Shown here: positions 38,301 through 53,300 of the stretch, piece after piece | How positions within the stretch are numbered: the stretch's first letter is position 1 | Layout: the number at the start of each line of letters is the position of its first letter | From: Mizuhopecten yessoensis | Taxonomy: Eukaryota | Reading direction: 5' to 3' | Assembly: GCF_002113885.1 (NCBI RefSeq) | Contig: NW_018406469.1 | Location: 244,105 to 308,104, forward strand | Length of the DNA: 64,000 bases | The notes under the pieces: generated by a model | Database searches by the model: none | Told to the model about the DNA's origin: nothing | The model's input: only the letters and a program-made list of their open reading frames with translations | Made by a program: the position numbers and the translations under genes

Positions 38301-41300
38301 TAATATAATATTCTGTGCTGTCAGGTACTGGTTCAGTGTCTTTTCTGTAAACACAGCACTCTCATCCTCTCTCTCCACGGCATCAATGTCTGTCTTCAGG
38401 ACAATAGCCATGGCATACAGCTGCTCAGAAGGAACTGATCGCTTAGGGATCTTCTCGAGCAGTCCTATCACATCCTGTAATGTAAACAGTTACAGAACCA
38501 TTAAACCTTTGGAGCAGAACCATATAGACTAGTACATGAGTATCATATTGCCAAAATTAGATGAAGTAATGGAGAAATTGACCACTCGGCAAAACCATAA
38601 AATTTGGATCTCCTGATATTTCCATTTTATTTTTATCTAAGACCTTGCACTCACCTTTAATTTGGCCACTGCAAAATCAGTTTCTTATTAAACTTTAACA
38701 ATCCTCCCTATTCACTAGGATTCATCACATCCCAGACCCTATAGATAGACCTACCTTGACCAGAGAGGCAGTGTGCTCCAGACTCTTGCCCTCTATGATG
38801 TTGAGGAAGGCCCCTGACATCAGGAAGTCTGCCTGGGTCTCATTGTCCCCACAAGCTTCAGCCTCACTCAGACCCTCAACACAGTACTGGCGACAATCGG
38901 CAAGCTCCTGGAGGACTTTGATATCTGGATCAACTGAATAAAACATACAACCGATTCTGATCACTGACCTTTGACACGGACCAAACAGAGAATTAGAACT
39001 TGGTATCGCTATAGTTGAAATCACTCTGAATGACACCAAGCATATCAATTCATCCTTTAAGCATAAGTTAAACTAAACAAAGGATATTTTTATATCCTGA
39101 CAGTGGATATCATGGTACCTTTTTTAAAATACTGATATTATCTTATTCAAGATATCTGTTCAAATATGCATATTAAGAAATATAATTGCACCCATGAGTG
39201 TGTACAGTGAAGAGGAAATTCTCCTCAGAATAAAGACTTCTGTCTTTTATTGGGAATGATTGTGTATACATTATCTACGTTAAGACATTAAGCTGGCTAA
39301 TTATATATTATCACAAGAGATTGATAAATAGAAAAAGATAAAAGGTTCATATCTCATATCCACGTCAACAGTGCAGGCTCTCTACCTTTCATTTGTCCGA
39401 GGCCGCCAACCTGCAGCATGAGACACTTCACCAGTGCCTGGCGACAGTCAAGCCAAAGACGGGCATCAAGACGCGACCGACTCTGGAAGTTTTGGAACTG
39501 GAACTGGTTTGTTTCCGGAGACACAATCTTCACATCCTCCGCGTAGTGGATTCTGCGTGAACTGTTCTGACCCTTCAGGGACGAGGGCCTGACAAAAGAG
39601 ATACACCAGTGTAACACAGGGACATATAGGGACAATAAAACATGGCTCACTGATATCACTCAGAACAACTCAAATACTTCTCACTAGTATCAGCATGCAT
39701 CATTTTCACAGTCCTGTCACCTCAGCATAATGTGTAAGTACAATAATAAGAAACAAGAGTAACATAATTTACACTTCGAAATATCTATTTTGAAATAATT
39801 TGAACAATCTACTCCTCAGAACTACTTTATCACAGAATTTTGTATTGTACCATATATTAATGTAACCTTTCCAACAAAATACTTGAACTATACTCTATAC
39901 ATTTCAAGTTTTTAAAACACTCAGAACAAAATTTGCATCCTTAAATATGGACATCTGTTTATTATGTTAACAGCAAACTTACCTTAGACTGTTAATTTTA
40001 ATCAAATAAAAGATTATAATACTTTAGAAAAAACAAAATTTGATATTTCCAACTGTTTATCTACAACTGAATAAGCATGAACAAGGTTTAATTCCACCTT
40101 TGTCCATGGTCTTTTCTGTAAGTAAGAAACAACAGAAGTATATGTGCATGATGAAGACATGAAAAAGGAAGCTTTGAAATCAGCTAATTATATCATTAAT
40201 GAAACGGAGACAAACAGAGAAAGACAGACAAATGTGGAATCGAGGACGCTGACATATATAGGACAGTGCGTCAGGAACACAGACAGAAACAATCAAAGAC
40301 AGATAGAATGGAAGAGAAGGAAAGGCATTGACATCTATTGGACTGTAGAACAGATATATACAGACACATGGATAGAGAGACAGACACAAAGGACATTACT
40401 ACAGAGATAGTCTGAAACAGACACAGGGACAGACAAAGATGGATGCTGATATAGGACATTATTACAGAGATAGTCTGAAACAGACACAGGGACAGACAAA
40501 GATGGATGCTGATATAGGACATTACTACAGAGATAGACAGAAACAGTCACATGGACAGACAAAGATGGATGCTGATATAGGACATTACTACAGAGATAGA
40601 CAGAAACAGTCACATGGACAGACAAAGATAGATGCTGATATAGGACATTATTACAGAGATAGACGGTCGGACAGACAGGTTTAGCCTGCCTTCACCGTAG
40701 CTATCACTCATAATCAACAGCTTTAGCCTGCCTTCACCATAGCTATCACTCATACTCAACAGGTTTAGCCTTCCCTCACCGTAGCTATCACTCATACTCA
40801 ACAGGTTTAGCCAGCCCTCACCATAGCTATCACTCATACTCAACAGGTTTAGCCTGCCCTCACCATAGCTATCACTCATACTCAACAGGTTTAGCCTGCC
40901 TTCACCATAGCCTCCTTCATTCAACACCACACCTTCACCAGAGGCCCAAACATCAAATGTAACAGGTATAGGGAGTTTTAGGATATATACAAGACATATA
41001 ATTCATTGTTGGATTAAATACAGACCTGAGTATTTAGAAAATGTTTGAAGTGAATTTATGGTAATAAAAAGGAAGGTAACAATACATGTATTTGTTACAT
41101 AAATACCAGTCAGGTTTTAAACACAGGGAACAAGTGGAGCTACAATAAACATATATGTAATATACTCGGGTTGGGGGTGAGGGTGGGGTGGTGTAGGTGA
41201 TTAAGGGTAGAGTTAAAATATATGTATATGGTACATACAAGTTACAAATAAATACAAGGAAATGGGTAAACATACAAATATAAGTAACAAAATGGGGTGA

Positions 41301-44300
41301 ATTTAGGGTAGAATTATGTTATACGTACTATGTAATACACAGGGGAATTACAATATATACATATACAATGCATATAATACACTCGGGGAAGGGATAGGGT
41401 ATGGTAATGATAACAGTAAACACTAAACATCTGTCAAACATGCAAGTGAGATCTGTGAAATATGAATTTCTAAATCAGCTTGATTTTAACCAAACTCTTT
41501 CCATTTTTCCATTTTTGTTTTTATTTTTCTACTTGTTGAAAAAAAAAATGAAACAATTTTGCATTTTTGCAAAAGAAAACAATCTTTCGTGTTTCAAGAT
41601 AAAATTATGGAAGTTGACAGTCTATTCACAGCATGGTGACATATTATTTGTTTGTAATTATTAAGTAATAGTTAACCGTAACCATGGCAACAACATGCAG
41701 GGACAAATTTAACTCAAAAACAGTTTCTGGAGTCCATGACTGTCACACGGGGACAAATGTAACTCGGGTAATACAAATTAAGTATACAGTTGGAGTCCAC
41801 AACCTCTGGACACACGTAACTTACTTTTGGCGATCCCGTGTGTGACTAAAACACGAAATGTCGCATAATGAAAGACAGAAGAAATGATGAACAAAGCAGA
41901 AAGAATGGTGATGTAGTCAGTACGAAACAGTGATTCATACAAAGTAACAGACAAAACATATTCAAGGCAACTAAAGGTGGGCCTTTACTGTGACATTCTA
42001 TGATACGAAGTAAAACTAGGGGTGGGCCTTTACTGTGACATTCTAATGATACGAAGTAAAACTAGGGGTGGGCCTTTACTGTGACTTTAGGGGTGGGCCT
42101 TTACTGTGACATTCTATTGATACAAAGTAAAACTAGGGGTGGGCCTTTACTGTGACATTCTAATGATACAAAGTTAAACTAAAGGTGGGCCTTTACTGTG
42201 ACATTCTAATAATACGAAGTAAAACTAGGGGTAGGCCTTTACTGTGACATTCTATTGATACAAAGTAAAACTAGGGGTGGGCGTTTACTGTGACATTCTA
42301 TTGATACAAAGTTAAACTTAAGGTGGGCCTTTACTGTGACATTCTAATGATACAAAGTAAAACTAGGGGTGGGCCTTTACTGTGACATTCTATTGATACA
42401 AAGTTAAACTTAAGGTGGGCCTTTACTGTGACATTCTAATGATACAAAGTTAAACTAAAGGTGGGCCTTTACTGTGACATTCTAATAATACGAAGTAAAA
42501 CTAGGGGTGGGCCTTTACTGTGACATTCTATTGATACAAAGTAAAACTAGGAGTGGGCCTTTACTGTGACATTCTATTGATACAAAGTGAAACTAAAGGT
42601 GGGCCTTTACTGTGACATTCTAATGATACAAAGTTAAACTAAAGGTGGGCCTTTACTGTGACATTCTATTGATATGAAGTAAAACTAGGGGTGGGCCGTT
42701 ACTGTGACATTCTATTGATATGAAGTAAAACTAGGGTTGGGCCGTTACTGTGACATTCTATTGATACAAAAATAAACTAAAGGTGGGCCTTTACTGTGAC
42801 ATTCTATTGATGCGAAGTAAAACTAGGGGTAGGCCGTTACTGTGACTTTCTATTGATGCGAAGTAAAACTAGGGGTGGGCCTTTACTGTGACATTCTATT
42901 GATGCGAAGTAAAACTAGGGGTGGGCCTTTACTGTGACATTCTATTGATGCGAAGTAAAACTAGGGGTGGGCTGTTACTGTGACTTTCTAATGATACAAA
43001 GTTTAACTCAAGGTGGGCCTTTATTGTGACTTTCTAATAATACGAAGTAAAACTAAAAGTGGGCCTTTACTGTGACATTCTAATAATACGAAGTAAAACT
43101 AGGGGTGGGCCTTTACTGTGACTTTCTAATAATACGAAGTAAAACTAAAGGTGGGCCTTTACTGTGACATTCTAATAATACAAAGTAAAACTAGGGGTGG
43201 GCCTTTACTGTGACATTCTATTGATACAAAGTAAAACTAGGGGTGGGCCTTTACTGTGACTTTCTAATAATACGAAGTAAAACTAAAGGTGGGCCTTTAC
43301 TGTGACATTCTAATGATAAGAAGTTAAACTAGGGGTGGGCCTTTACTGTGACATTCTATTGATACAAAGTAAAACTAGGGGTGGGCCTTTACTGTGAGAC
43401 AATACCACTCTTAATCCAATATGAGAGAAACTCATTAAAATATAAAGGAAATCTGGGTTTAATCTACAAAAGTGTATAACTACCAAAGATATATATATCT
43501 ATAATTAATTTTCATTACCGATGTATCTGTTGGTGGCCTAACACTAAGAAAGTACTGATTCATTGCTGTCAGATATAGTTTTACAACTAGATATTGACAG
43601 TCTAAAACAAGCTTATGCAGATGTGTGGGAGACCAGGTTGTAAAGGAGGCTAACTGTGAGCAGTAACACTCCACTAAAGAGTACTGTGGCAATCTCAAAT
43701 GAGCAAATCATGTGATACCAAGGATGATGTATCTCATTATAAAGGCAAATACGTGTTATGTCCGTCTACAAAGTTTAGCATCACATAAGGGTTGATGTCA
43801 AGTTTGGATACACAGGAGGTTTCTCTTAGACAAAGGGTCTATTCAGAAGTGCTATGCAATGTTCTGTATGCATAAAAAAGAAGGATTAAAAAAAAAATGA
43901 ACATAAAAAAGACTGTGCTCTACTCTACATACTGTGAGGTAAGGGGCCGTAACTCTAGTTACCTGTCTTGAGTTGTGTTTCCTCTGTAACAGTAATATAG
44001 CACATTTAACTCTAAAAAACAGTAACACTTTCTGAAAGTCCATTAGATATTTAAGTCAATTCTCCTGGTGTTCAAATACAAACTAGCAGTTAATTCACAC
44101 TACTGTCTAAGAATTTATTGGTCAATTTTGTTTATACATTTACTGAACAGAACATTTCTCTAGCACTGCCACATACATGACAAAAGGTTTACAACAGACA
44201 ATGTGTCACCTACCTCGGAGGATGGGGAACATCCTTTTTGGGTTTGAAGAGGTCAGATGACTTGAGAAGTTTGATGGATGACAGGACGATGCGAGCAGCC

Positions 44301-47300
44301 AGTGGAGCGTGCTGTTTCTGTCGCGCGATGGTGGCCTGTTGTAGCTTACACAACACCACCAGCTCTAGCTCAGCAGCAGGTAACTTCTCCAGCCCTACAC
44401 ATCAAATATACGTAATTATTAATGATAGAAGGAATCTGTTTGGCTTAAAACACCATGATCCAATTAAAGGAATCTGAAAGATTTGGAACTCAAGGAATCT
44501 AGTTGGCTAACAATACCAGGAATCTGATTCACTCAGATAAAAATGAATCTGATTATCTTATAATACAAAAAAGTAATAAGAAATCTGAAAGATGAAAATT
44601 ACAAGATATTTGATTGGTTTACAATAAAAAAAAGACTGGTTTACAATACAACAGATATGATTGGCCTGACAATAAAGTGATAAAAAACAGGATTATTTTA
44701 AGCTAAATAAATTTCATCCAAATAACATTCACAGCATCGATCGTTTCTAAAGTTATAAACTGCAATAAAGTTAAGAATTTGTTATATATACCATTTTCAG
44801 CATGTTCAGCATTTTCTTGGATGACTTCTGCTATAGTGGACACCATCTGGTCAGCCACAGCTAGCAATGTGCCCTTGATGAGCTCCAGTGTCAGTGGTTT
44901 CTTACTGCTGGTAAAGCGTCGCTTGACTTGAGCGCTCTCCAAACTCTCCAGGTCGTCCTCTGTACAGCAGACAACAGACATAGCACAAGCTTTCTTCCAT
45001 TTCTACGAATTGTTTTGTATCAATACATTATCACATTACTGATCACTGACTTTCTCCTAGAAAATCTTTCTTTGTCATGTTTTGTTTTTAAATTCTGGTA
45101 AATATTCTACCAGTATCAAATTTGCCCTTCTAATTTAATTTCTAATGTAAAATCATCAATTTTCGTTGGGACATTAATTTTCGTTTATTTCATGGATAAC
45201 AAAAATCCACGAAATTAAATACGCCCACGAAAACATGAATTTGGTAAGATATAGACAGGGGAAAAATCAGAAATCAGCTAAATATAATGTCCTTGATACA
45301 GGCTAGTATAAATTGAAAACCACGAAATTTTAAACCCACGAAAATAAATGCTTCTCCAGTATTACGTAGGCTGAAAAAGGGGGAAATTAAACTGCAGCCA
45401 AAATTTTCCAGAATACAGTATTAATTTACGATTTGTTTTCTGAGTAATGTTCCAGATATGAATGTGAAGCTTTATTTACCAGCATCCTTGCGACTTTCGG
45501 CGGCTGACTTCGCTTTCTGTTGTTTGGATGTCATACTGTTGGTGCCTTTCAGGTTCTTGTTTTTTGTCATTGTACTCATAGTGTATGGTTTAAGTGACCC
45601 CTGCCCTTCAGGTACCCTACAAGTTAAACAGGTCATATAACTATAAAAACACAGTCTATGGTAGCCAATGGGAGGGAGTCAGAATATCAGTTCAAACTAT
45701 CAAAAACCTGATAAACACTATGTACCAATTAACATGTAAAGTATGAGAAATGTAACACTCCACAAAATCATTTTACTGTCGCATCTTGAGAGATAATAAG
45801 TATGATAAGGCTGATCAAGCTCCTGTATGAAATTCCAAGGCTGGACCATTCTACTTACCAGTCAGCCCCCAGTTTTATGTACATTATTAGTTTTACACAT
45901 AATATACATGGTACGATTCAAACATTCATGGAATCAGTTCCTGTCCTACGTACGATATGATGCTGGAAAAGTGTTACATTTAGGCTTTAACAGTGATAAC
46001 AAACTAGAACACTTCAAATGAATTGAAAATGGCCATTTGTATTCAAAACGACATGTTTTTATTAAAACTTTACCTTTTAAAGTTTTTGTCCAATGTACTT
46101 AAAAGTCTTAGATGGGGTAAAGGTTTAACTTGTATTTACTCTAAGCTTTGCAAGGAACAAAAGATACATGTTTTACTCTGAGCTCCGATTGGCTCCGATT
46201 GATTACCAACAATTCTACCAGATCTCGAATAGCAATATATGGGGACTTTTCCTGTTCTGTGTTCTGGTAAGGATACTGCTAAACATTGCTACTCGATTGA
46301 TTGATGGATTGATTGATAGGTTTTACGTTCGCTTCACTACCGAGTAGTTTGGTTATCCAGCAGACGAATCACATATTGCTACTTTTGGTTCTGACAGGGA
46401 TATGATGGGGTACTTTAATTTTCATGCCTCTGTTTGATGTAAGGGGAATCTTTAATGTTCTAGGATTTAATAGATATGAAGGAACTTTTGATACATTTGG
46501 GTATGACAGGGATAAAATGGAACACTGTTACTGTTGACATGAATGGAAATAAGCGTGAACTTTGATCATCTTGACTCTGATAAGAGAACAGGTGAGTTTG
46601 CTACCACATACAAATCATTACAACAAATGTTACAATAAAATAAAAGTTTTCCCAATACATTATGTTCATCTATGCCTGAAATGTGAAAGTACATCTCTAA
46701 TGTAATGTCAGTGGTTACTTCTCCAGTACACTATTGTGTACAGCTAATTCAAAACTTAAACTAGTACATTCAAAATGACCTGTAACATTTGCAAGTTCAG
46801 TGTAAACATATAAGAACATTTCATTTCTGAAAAAGAATGACTGGCAAAAACAGAGAAGTCAATGTGACAGGTCAGCTAAGTTGTATGTATCCATACTTGT
46901 ACATAAGTATAGGTCAGCGTAGTTGTATGTACCATACCAGTACACAGATATAGGTCAGCTTAGTTGTATGTGCCCATAACAGTACACAGGTATAGGTCAG
47001 CTTAGTTGTATGTACCATACCAGTACACAGGTATCGGTCAGCTTAGTTGTATGTACCATACCAGTACCCGTATAGGTTGGCTTAGTTGTATGTACCATAC
47101 CAGTACACAGATATAGCTCAGCTTAGTTGTATGTGCCCATAACAGTACACAGATATAGGTCAGCTTAGTTGTATGTGCCCATACCAGTACACAGATATAG
47201 GTCAGCTTAGTTGTATGTGCCCATACCAGTACACAGATATAGGTCAGCTTGGTTGTATGTACCCAGAACAGTACACAGGTATAGGTCAGCTTAGTTGTAT

Positions 47301-50300
47301 GTGCCATACCAGTACACAGGTATAGGTCAGCTTAGGTGTATGTACCATACCAGTACACAGGTATAGGTCAGTTTAGTTGTATGTACCATACCAGTACACA
47401 GGTATAGCTCAGCTTAGTTGTATGTACCATACCAGTACACAGATATAGCTCAGCTTAGTTGTATGTGCCCATAACAGTACACAGATATAGGTCAGCTTAG
47501 TTGTATGTGCCCATACCAGTACACAGATATAGGTCAGCTTAGTTGTATGTGCCCATAACAGTACACAGATATAGGTCAGCTTAGTTGTATGTGCCCATAC
47601 CAGTACACAGATATAGGTCAGCTTATATGAGAGATTACAGAAATGATGGGGAAACATAGGAAGAGATCAGTGAATGAAACAGTAGTTGTATGTACCCATA
47701 ACAGTACACAGGTATAGGACAGCTTAGTTGTATGTACCCATAACAGTACACAGGTATAGGCCAGCTTAGTTGTATGTACCCATAACAGTACACAGGTATA
47801 GGTCAGCTTAGTTGTATGTGCCCATAACAGTACACAGATATAGGTCAGCTTGGTTGTATGTACCCATAACAGTACACAGGTATAGGTCAGCTTAGTTGTA
47901 TGTGCCCATAACAGTACACATATAGGTCAGCTTAGTTGTATGTACCATAACAGTAAACAGGTATAGGTCAGCTTAGTTGTATGTAAGTTGTATGTACCAT
48001 ACCAGTACACAGTCATAGGTCAGCTTAGTTGTATGTACCATAACAGTACCCAGGTATAGGTCAGCTTAGTTGTATGTAAGTTGTATGTACCATACCAGTA
48101 CACAGATATAGGTCAGCTTATATGAGAGATTACAGAAATGATGGGGAAACATAGGAAGAGATCAGTGAATGAAACAGTAGTTGTATGTACCCATAACAGT
48201 ACACATATAGGTCGGCTTAGTTGTATGTACCCATAACAGTACATGTATAGGTCAGCTTGGTTGTATGTACCCATAGCAGTACACAGGTATAGGTCAGCTT
48301 AGTAGTATGTACCCATAACAGTACACAGGTATAGATCAGCTTAGTTGTATGTACCATACCAGTACATAGGTATAGGTCAGCTTAGTTGTATGTAAGTTGT
48401 ATGTACCATACCAGTACACAGATATAGGTCAGCTTATATGAGAGATTACAGAAATGATGGGGAAACATAGGAAGAGATCAGTGAATGAAACAGTCATAAC
48501 AGTACACAGGTATAGGTCAGCTTAGTTGTATGTACCCATAACAGTACATGTATAGGTCAGCTTAGTTGTATGTACCCATAACAGTACACATATAGGTCAG
48601 CTTAGTTGTATGTACCCATAACAGTACACAGGTATAGGGCAGCTTAGTAGTATGTACCCATAACAGTACATAGATATAGGTCAGCTTAGTCGTATGTACC
48701 ATACCAGTACACGGGTATAGTTCAGCTTAGTTGTATGTACCCATAACATTACACAGGTATAGGTCAGCTTAGTTGTAAGTACCATACCAGTACACAGGTA
48801 TAGGTCAGTTTAGTTGTATGTACCCATAACAGTACATGTATAGGGCAGCTTAGTTGTATGTACCATACCAGTAAACAGGTATAGGTCAGCTTAGTAGTAT
48901 GTACCCATAACAGTACATAGATATAGGTCAGCTTAGTCGTATGTACCATACCAGTACACGGGTATAGGTCAGCTTAGTAGTATGTACCCTAGGTCAGCTT
49001 AGTTGTATGTACCCATACCAGTACACGAGTACACAGGTATAGGTCAGCTTAGTTGTATGTAACATACCAGTACACAGGTATAGGTCAGCTTAGTTGGATG
49101 TACCCATAACAGTACACAGGTATAGGTCAGTTTAGTTGTATGTACCCATAACAGTACACATATAGGTCGGCTTAGTTGTATGTACCCATAACAGTACACG
49201 GGTATAGGTCAGCTTAGTAGTATGTACACATAATTAGTTGTATGTACCATACCAGTACATAGGTATAGGTCAGCTTAGTTGTATGTAACATACCAGTACA
49301 CAGGTATAGGTCAGCTTAGTAGTATGTACACATAACAGTACACAGGTATAGGTCAGCTTAGTTGTATGTACCCATACCAGTACACGGGTATAGGTCAGCT
49401 TAGTAGTATGTACCCATAACAGTACATAGATATAGGTCAGCTTAGTCGTATGTACCATACCAGTACACGGGTATAGGTCAGCTTAGTTGTATGTACCCAT
49501 AACAGTACACAGATATAGGTCAGCTTAGTTGTATGTACCATACCAGTACACAGGCATAGGTCAGCTTAGTTGTATTTACCATACCAGTACACAGATATAG
49601 GTCAGCTTATATGAGAGATTACAGAAATGATGGGGAAACATAGGAAGAGATCAGTGAATGAAACAGTATACGATTGTTTCATGGCTAGTTGGGGAACAGT
49701 CAAAACTATCATCCCGAGGTAGGGGGAAGCCCTGGGGAAATGTTTGCCCGAGGCCGGTAGGCCAAGGGCAAACAGTTCCATAGGGCTTCCCCCTACCGAG
49801 AGATGGTAGTTTTGACTGTTCCCCAAATAGCATTGAAACAATTGTTTTATTACCAAATAAATATTAGTATCAATGATGCATGCAATGCCATTGCTTCAAC
49901 ACTGAGTCGTGGTCACCGAAACGCTTAAACGGGGCTTTCGAGGGGGGATTTCTGCGCATCTAATTCGAGCCGGGTAACAGTTTACTCTGACCTGGAAAAC
50001 AGTTTTCACTGTTTCACCCCTACAGCCGAAATTGGACAAAAGCCAAGAAACAGTCAAAAATTACTAATTATAATATATATAAACTATTGGGTAACAATAT
50101 AAATTGAAATGGAATTTAAACTGAATAATATAATGTAAGCATTGAAGACATTCCTGGGAATTGATGTGGGAGGTGGGGTATAAATAAGAAGATTTACAAT
50201 AACTTACAGGAACTGATGGGAGAAGAAAGGTACAAATGGGGTATAGTATTTACTGCTGTTCGTAGGAATTGATGTATGTGTATGTAGGGGTATCAATGAT

Positions 50301-53300
50301 AAGATTTACAGCCATTTACAGGAACCGTTGTTGGAGGAGGTGTATAAATGAGGATAGATAATTTCCGACTAAGAACCACAACCTGTCTCCATATACAAGG
50401 CCTAATACTAAACATGCATCCATATCTCATACTACAGGTAAATACAAAGTGTGTATTGATCAGTGGGTTGATTAGTACTGACTCATACTGGCATGCATTA
50501 ACATTTAATGAATTTCAAGATGAGTAACTAATGTTTTCTGTGTAAGATATAGTACAAAGTTCACTTTAAACTGTAATCCTGACTTATTTGGTATAACTTA
50601 GTGACACTGCTATAGTTGTTAATGGTAAGTCTCTGACAAGGTAATTTAGACATTCTGTTACCTTATACATGCTGTCTACCAATAGCCATTCTGATTAGGC
50701 AGTTTACATTAATTCAACTGTAAGTGTTTATTACAGATTTTAAGGTAAATTCAGTAGGTTTTTTTAAATTATATTTGTAAGGTTATATATTGTTAACTGT
50801 TTTACGTTTTCAAGATGTATCTCCTTATATGTCTCTGTCTAAGTAAGCGTTTGCGCTTACTAACAAACAAGGAAAAGTAAACAATCACCATCCAAGATAG
50901 TGTCAAACTTCAATTTAATTATCAATAGAATGTAAAGAAACATAACTTCATACGAAAATAACCACAGATACAATACAATAAGTCAATCCCTGGGAAGTGC
51001 TTCATCATTGGGGAGACAATATTCTTAGATTCATGTTTCTCATATTACAACAGATAATATTTATTCTGTTATTATAATAATAAAATGACTGGAACTGAAC
51101 CCACAGCTTGTGGTTGTCCCTGTGAAAGCCTTTAACAATCATTAATTATCAAAAGGATGAACAATTTGTAGACAAGATACTTTATCTTTAACCCTTCACC
51201 ACTGTGCACCATAATGGACTCATCCAGATCAATGCATGGTAGAGTTTACAAAAGCTACATAGGGGTGAAAGGGTTAAGCAAATTGATTCAGTTTGTACAA
51301 AATTGCTCCTTTAGAAAATGAAGCACTCCGATGATTGGGATTTGGTTGGACGAGGGTTTAATTATATTTGCAAGGTTATATATTGTTAACTGTTTTACCT
51401 TTTCAAGATGTATCTCCTTATATGTCTCTGTCTAAGTAAGCGTTTGCGCTTACTAACAAACAAGGAAAAGTAAACAATCACCATCCAAGATAGTGTCAAA
51501 CTTCAATTTAGTTATCAATAAAATATAAAGAAACATAGCTTCATACGGACACATACAGACAGTGCTACAGGAGAGAGGATGGGGAGGGAATGGGGCCATG
51601 CATGACTGATCCGACTATAAATATATACCAGTAAGCCATGCGTGCAATGTATACCTGACTTGCCTCACGTAGCGAGACACAAGTTTGCGCATAATGGTGG
51701 AAACATGGCAGCTGATGAGTGGGAAAAGAAAATGCAGCAATTTCATATTACACAGCGATCACAATACGTGATATATACATCCATACACGACATGATATAT
51801 GTTATACAATATTGTTACTACCGTGTCGTACAGTACAACATATATTTAACAAACAATTATACTACCTACCATATCCACACAATATAATCTACTAAATGAA
51901 TACTGTGACATACAATATGATCTACTAAGTATCATATCATACAATACAATCTACTAAATTCTGTGTCATTCAAAAAATAAAATACAATCTACTGAATAAA
52001 GTAATGGACAGACGGTGGCAATATTCCAAGACTTTTCTTAGATATACAACTGATTGTCACAATTCTTACCTCATATTTCTGACTCACCAAGCTATTCCAG
52101 GAAAACTTATGCTAATTCCCAAGAATTTAGCATTTTTTCACACATTAGTGATATCAACAATGTGTTCATTTTTTCAAGGGTTGTAGAAGAAATGAGCTTT
52201 TTTTAAATACAATTTTCATTAGTCCTGTGATTTGTTTCCTGGGACAGCTCAGCAAGCTGTGTAAAATGAGGCTAAGATCATGAAAAACGTCAGATATCTT
52301 GATCACAACCTTAAAAACGAAAGAAACAAATTAAGTGAAATTTATATATGTCAGACTGTACAGGTTATAACTAGGAATACTTACAACACATCCTCAATGA
52401 CGGGGATGACAGGAATACTCTCCCCCAGGGACACAAAGAAGTGGGCCTGGACCAGCGCTAGGTGACAGGTCATGTGTGGACCGTACAGCGTGGCCAGACT
52501 AGAGGGAAGTCGTTTGTCTAGGAGGTTCTCCAGCAGCTGTTAAATGGAAGGAATGGTGTTACTTAACGATGGCAAGAATAACATCACAGGTATCTCACAA
52601 GGTTCAATGGTATTTCATGTTTAAAAAGTGTTACCTCATGAGTAAAATGAATACTTCGACATCTCACAAGGTTCAATGGTATTTCATATTGAAAAAGTAT
52701 TACCTCACGAGTAAAATGAATACTTACACATCTCACAAGGTTCAATGGTATTTCATATTGAAAAAGTGTTACCTCACGAGTAAAATGAATACTTAGACAT
52801 CTCACAAGGTTCAATGGTATTTCATATTGAAAAAGTATTACCTCACGAGTAAAATGAATACTTAAGACATCTCACAAGGTTCAATGGTATTTCTCATCAA
52901 AAAAGTGTTACCTCACAATTAATATGAATACATACAGATATCTCACAAGGAAAAGTCTACACAACCACTATCTGTTGTTAATACTGTTGCTTGGTAAATT
53001 ATATCAGAAAGTAAAATCTGAGGCCAAATTGAATACAGAAATGTTAATGTTTGACAAATAAATAATATGCAAAATTGATTGGCTGTATGGTCAAATGTAA
53101 TCAGGAGAATGTCCATTCAAATTGAAAAGTGAGAAAATTTGCTTTCAATTACAACTCAAGACAACTTATATCTTTTTTTTTACTGTGGCCCACAGGGCAT
53201 ACCTTCATGTTTGCTGGCTCTGTAATAGGCTTGGCTGTGTTGAACATCACAGGCTTCATCTTGGACTCCACCTGACGGAAGTTGCTATCGCCTGTATGTG

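Noticed and set aside
40610-40930. ORF VLNEGGYGEGRLNLL... as a possible CFAP54 exon seeding the 42-bp array
   Set aside because: No convincing acceptor/donor pair in the required phase 2-2; the compatible frame hits TGA.
26634-49667. Regular arrays considered as possible CRISPR loci
   Set aside because: Head-to-tail repeats without unique spacers, no cas genes, and located in eukaryotic introns.
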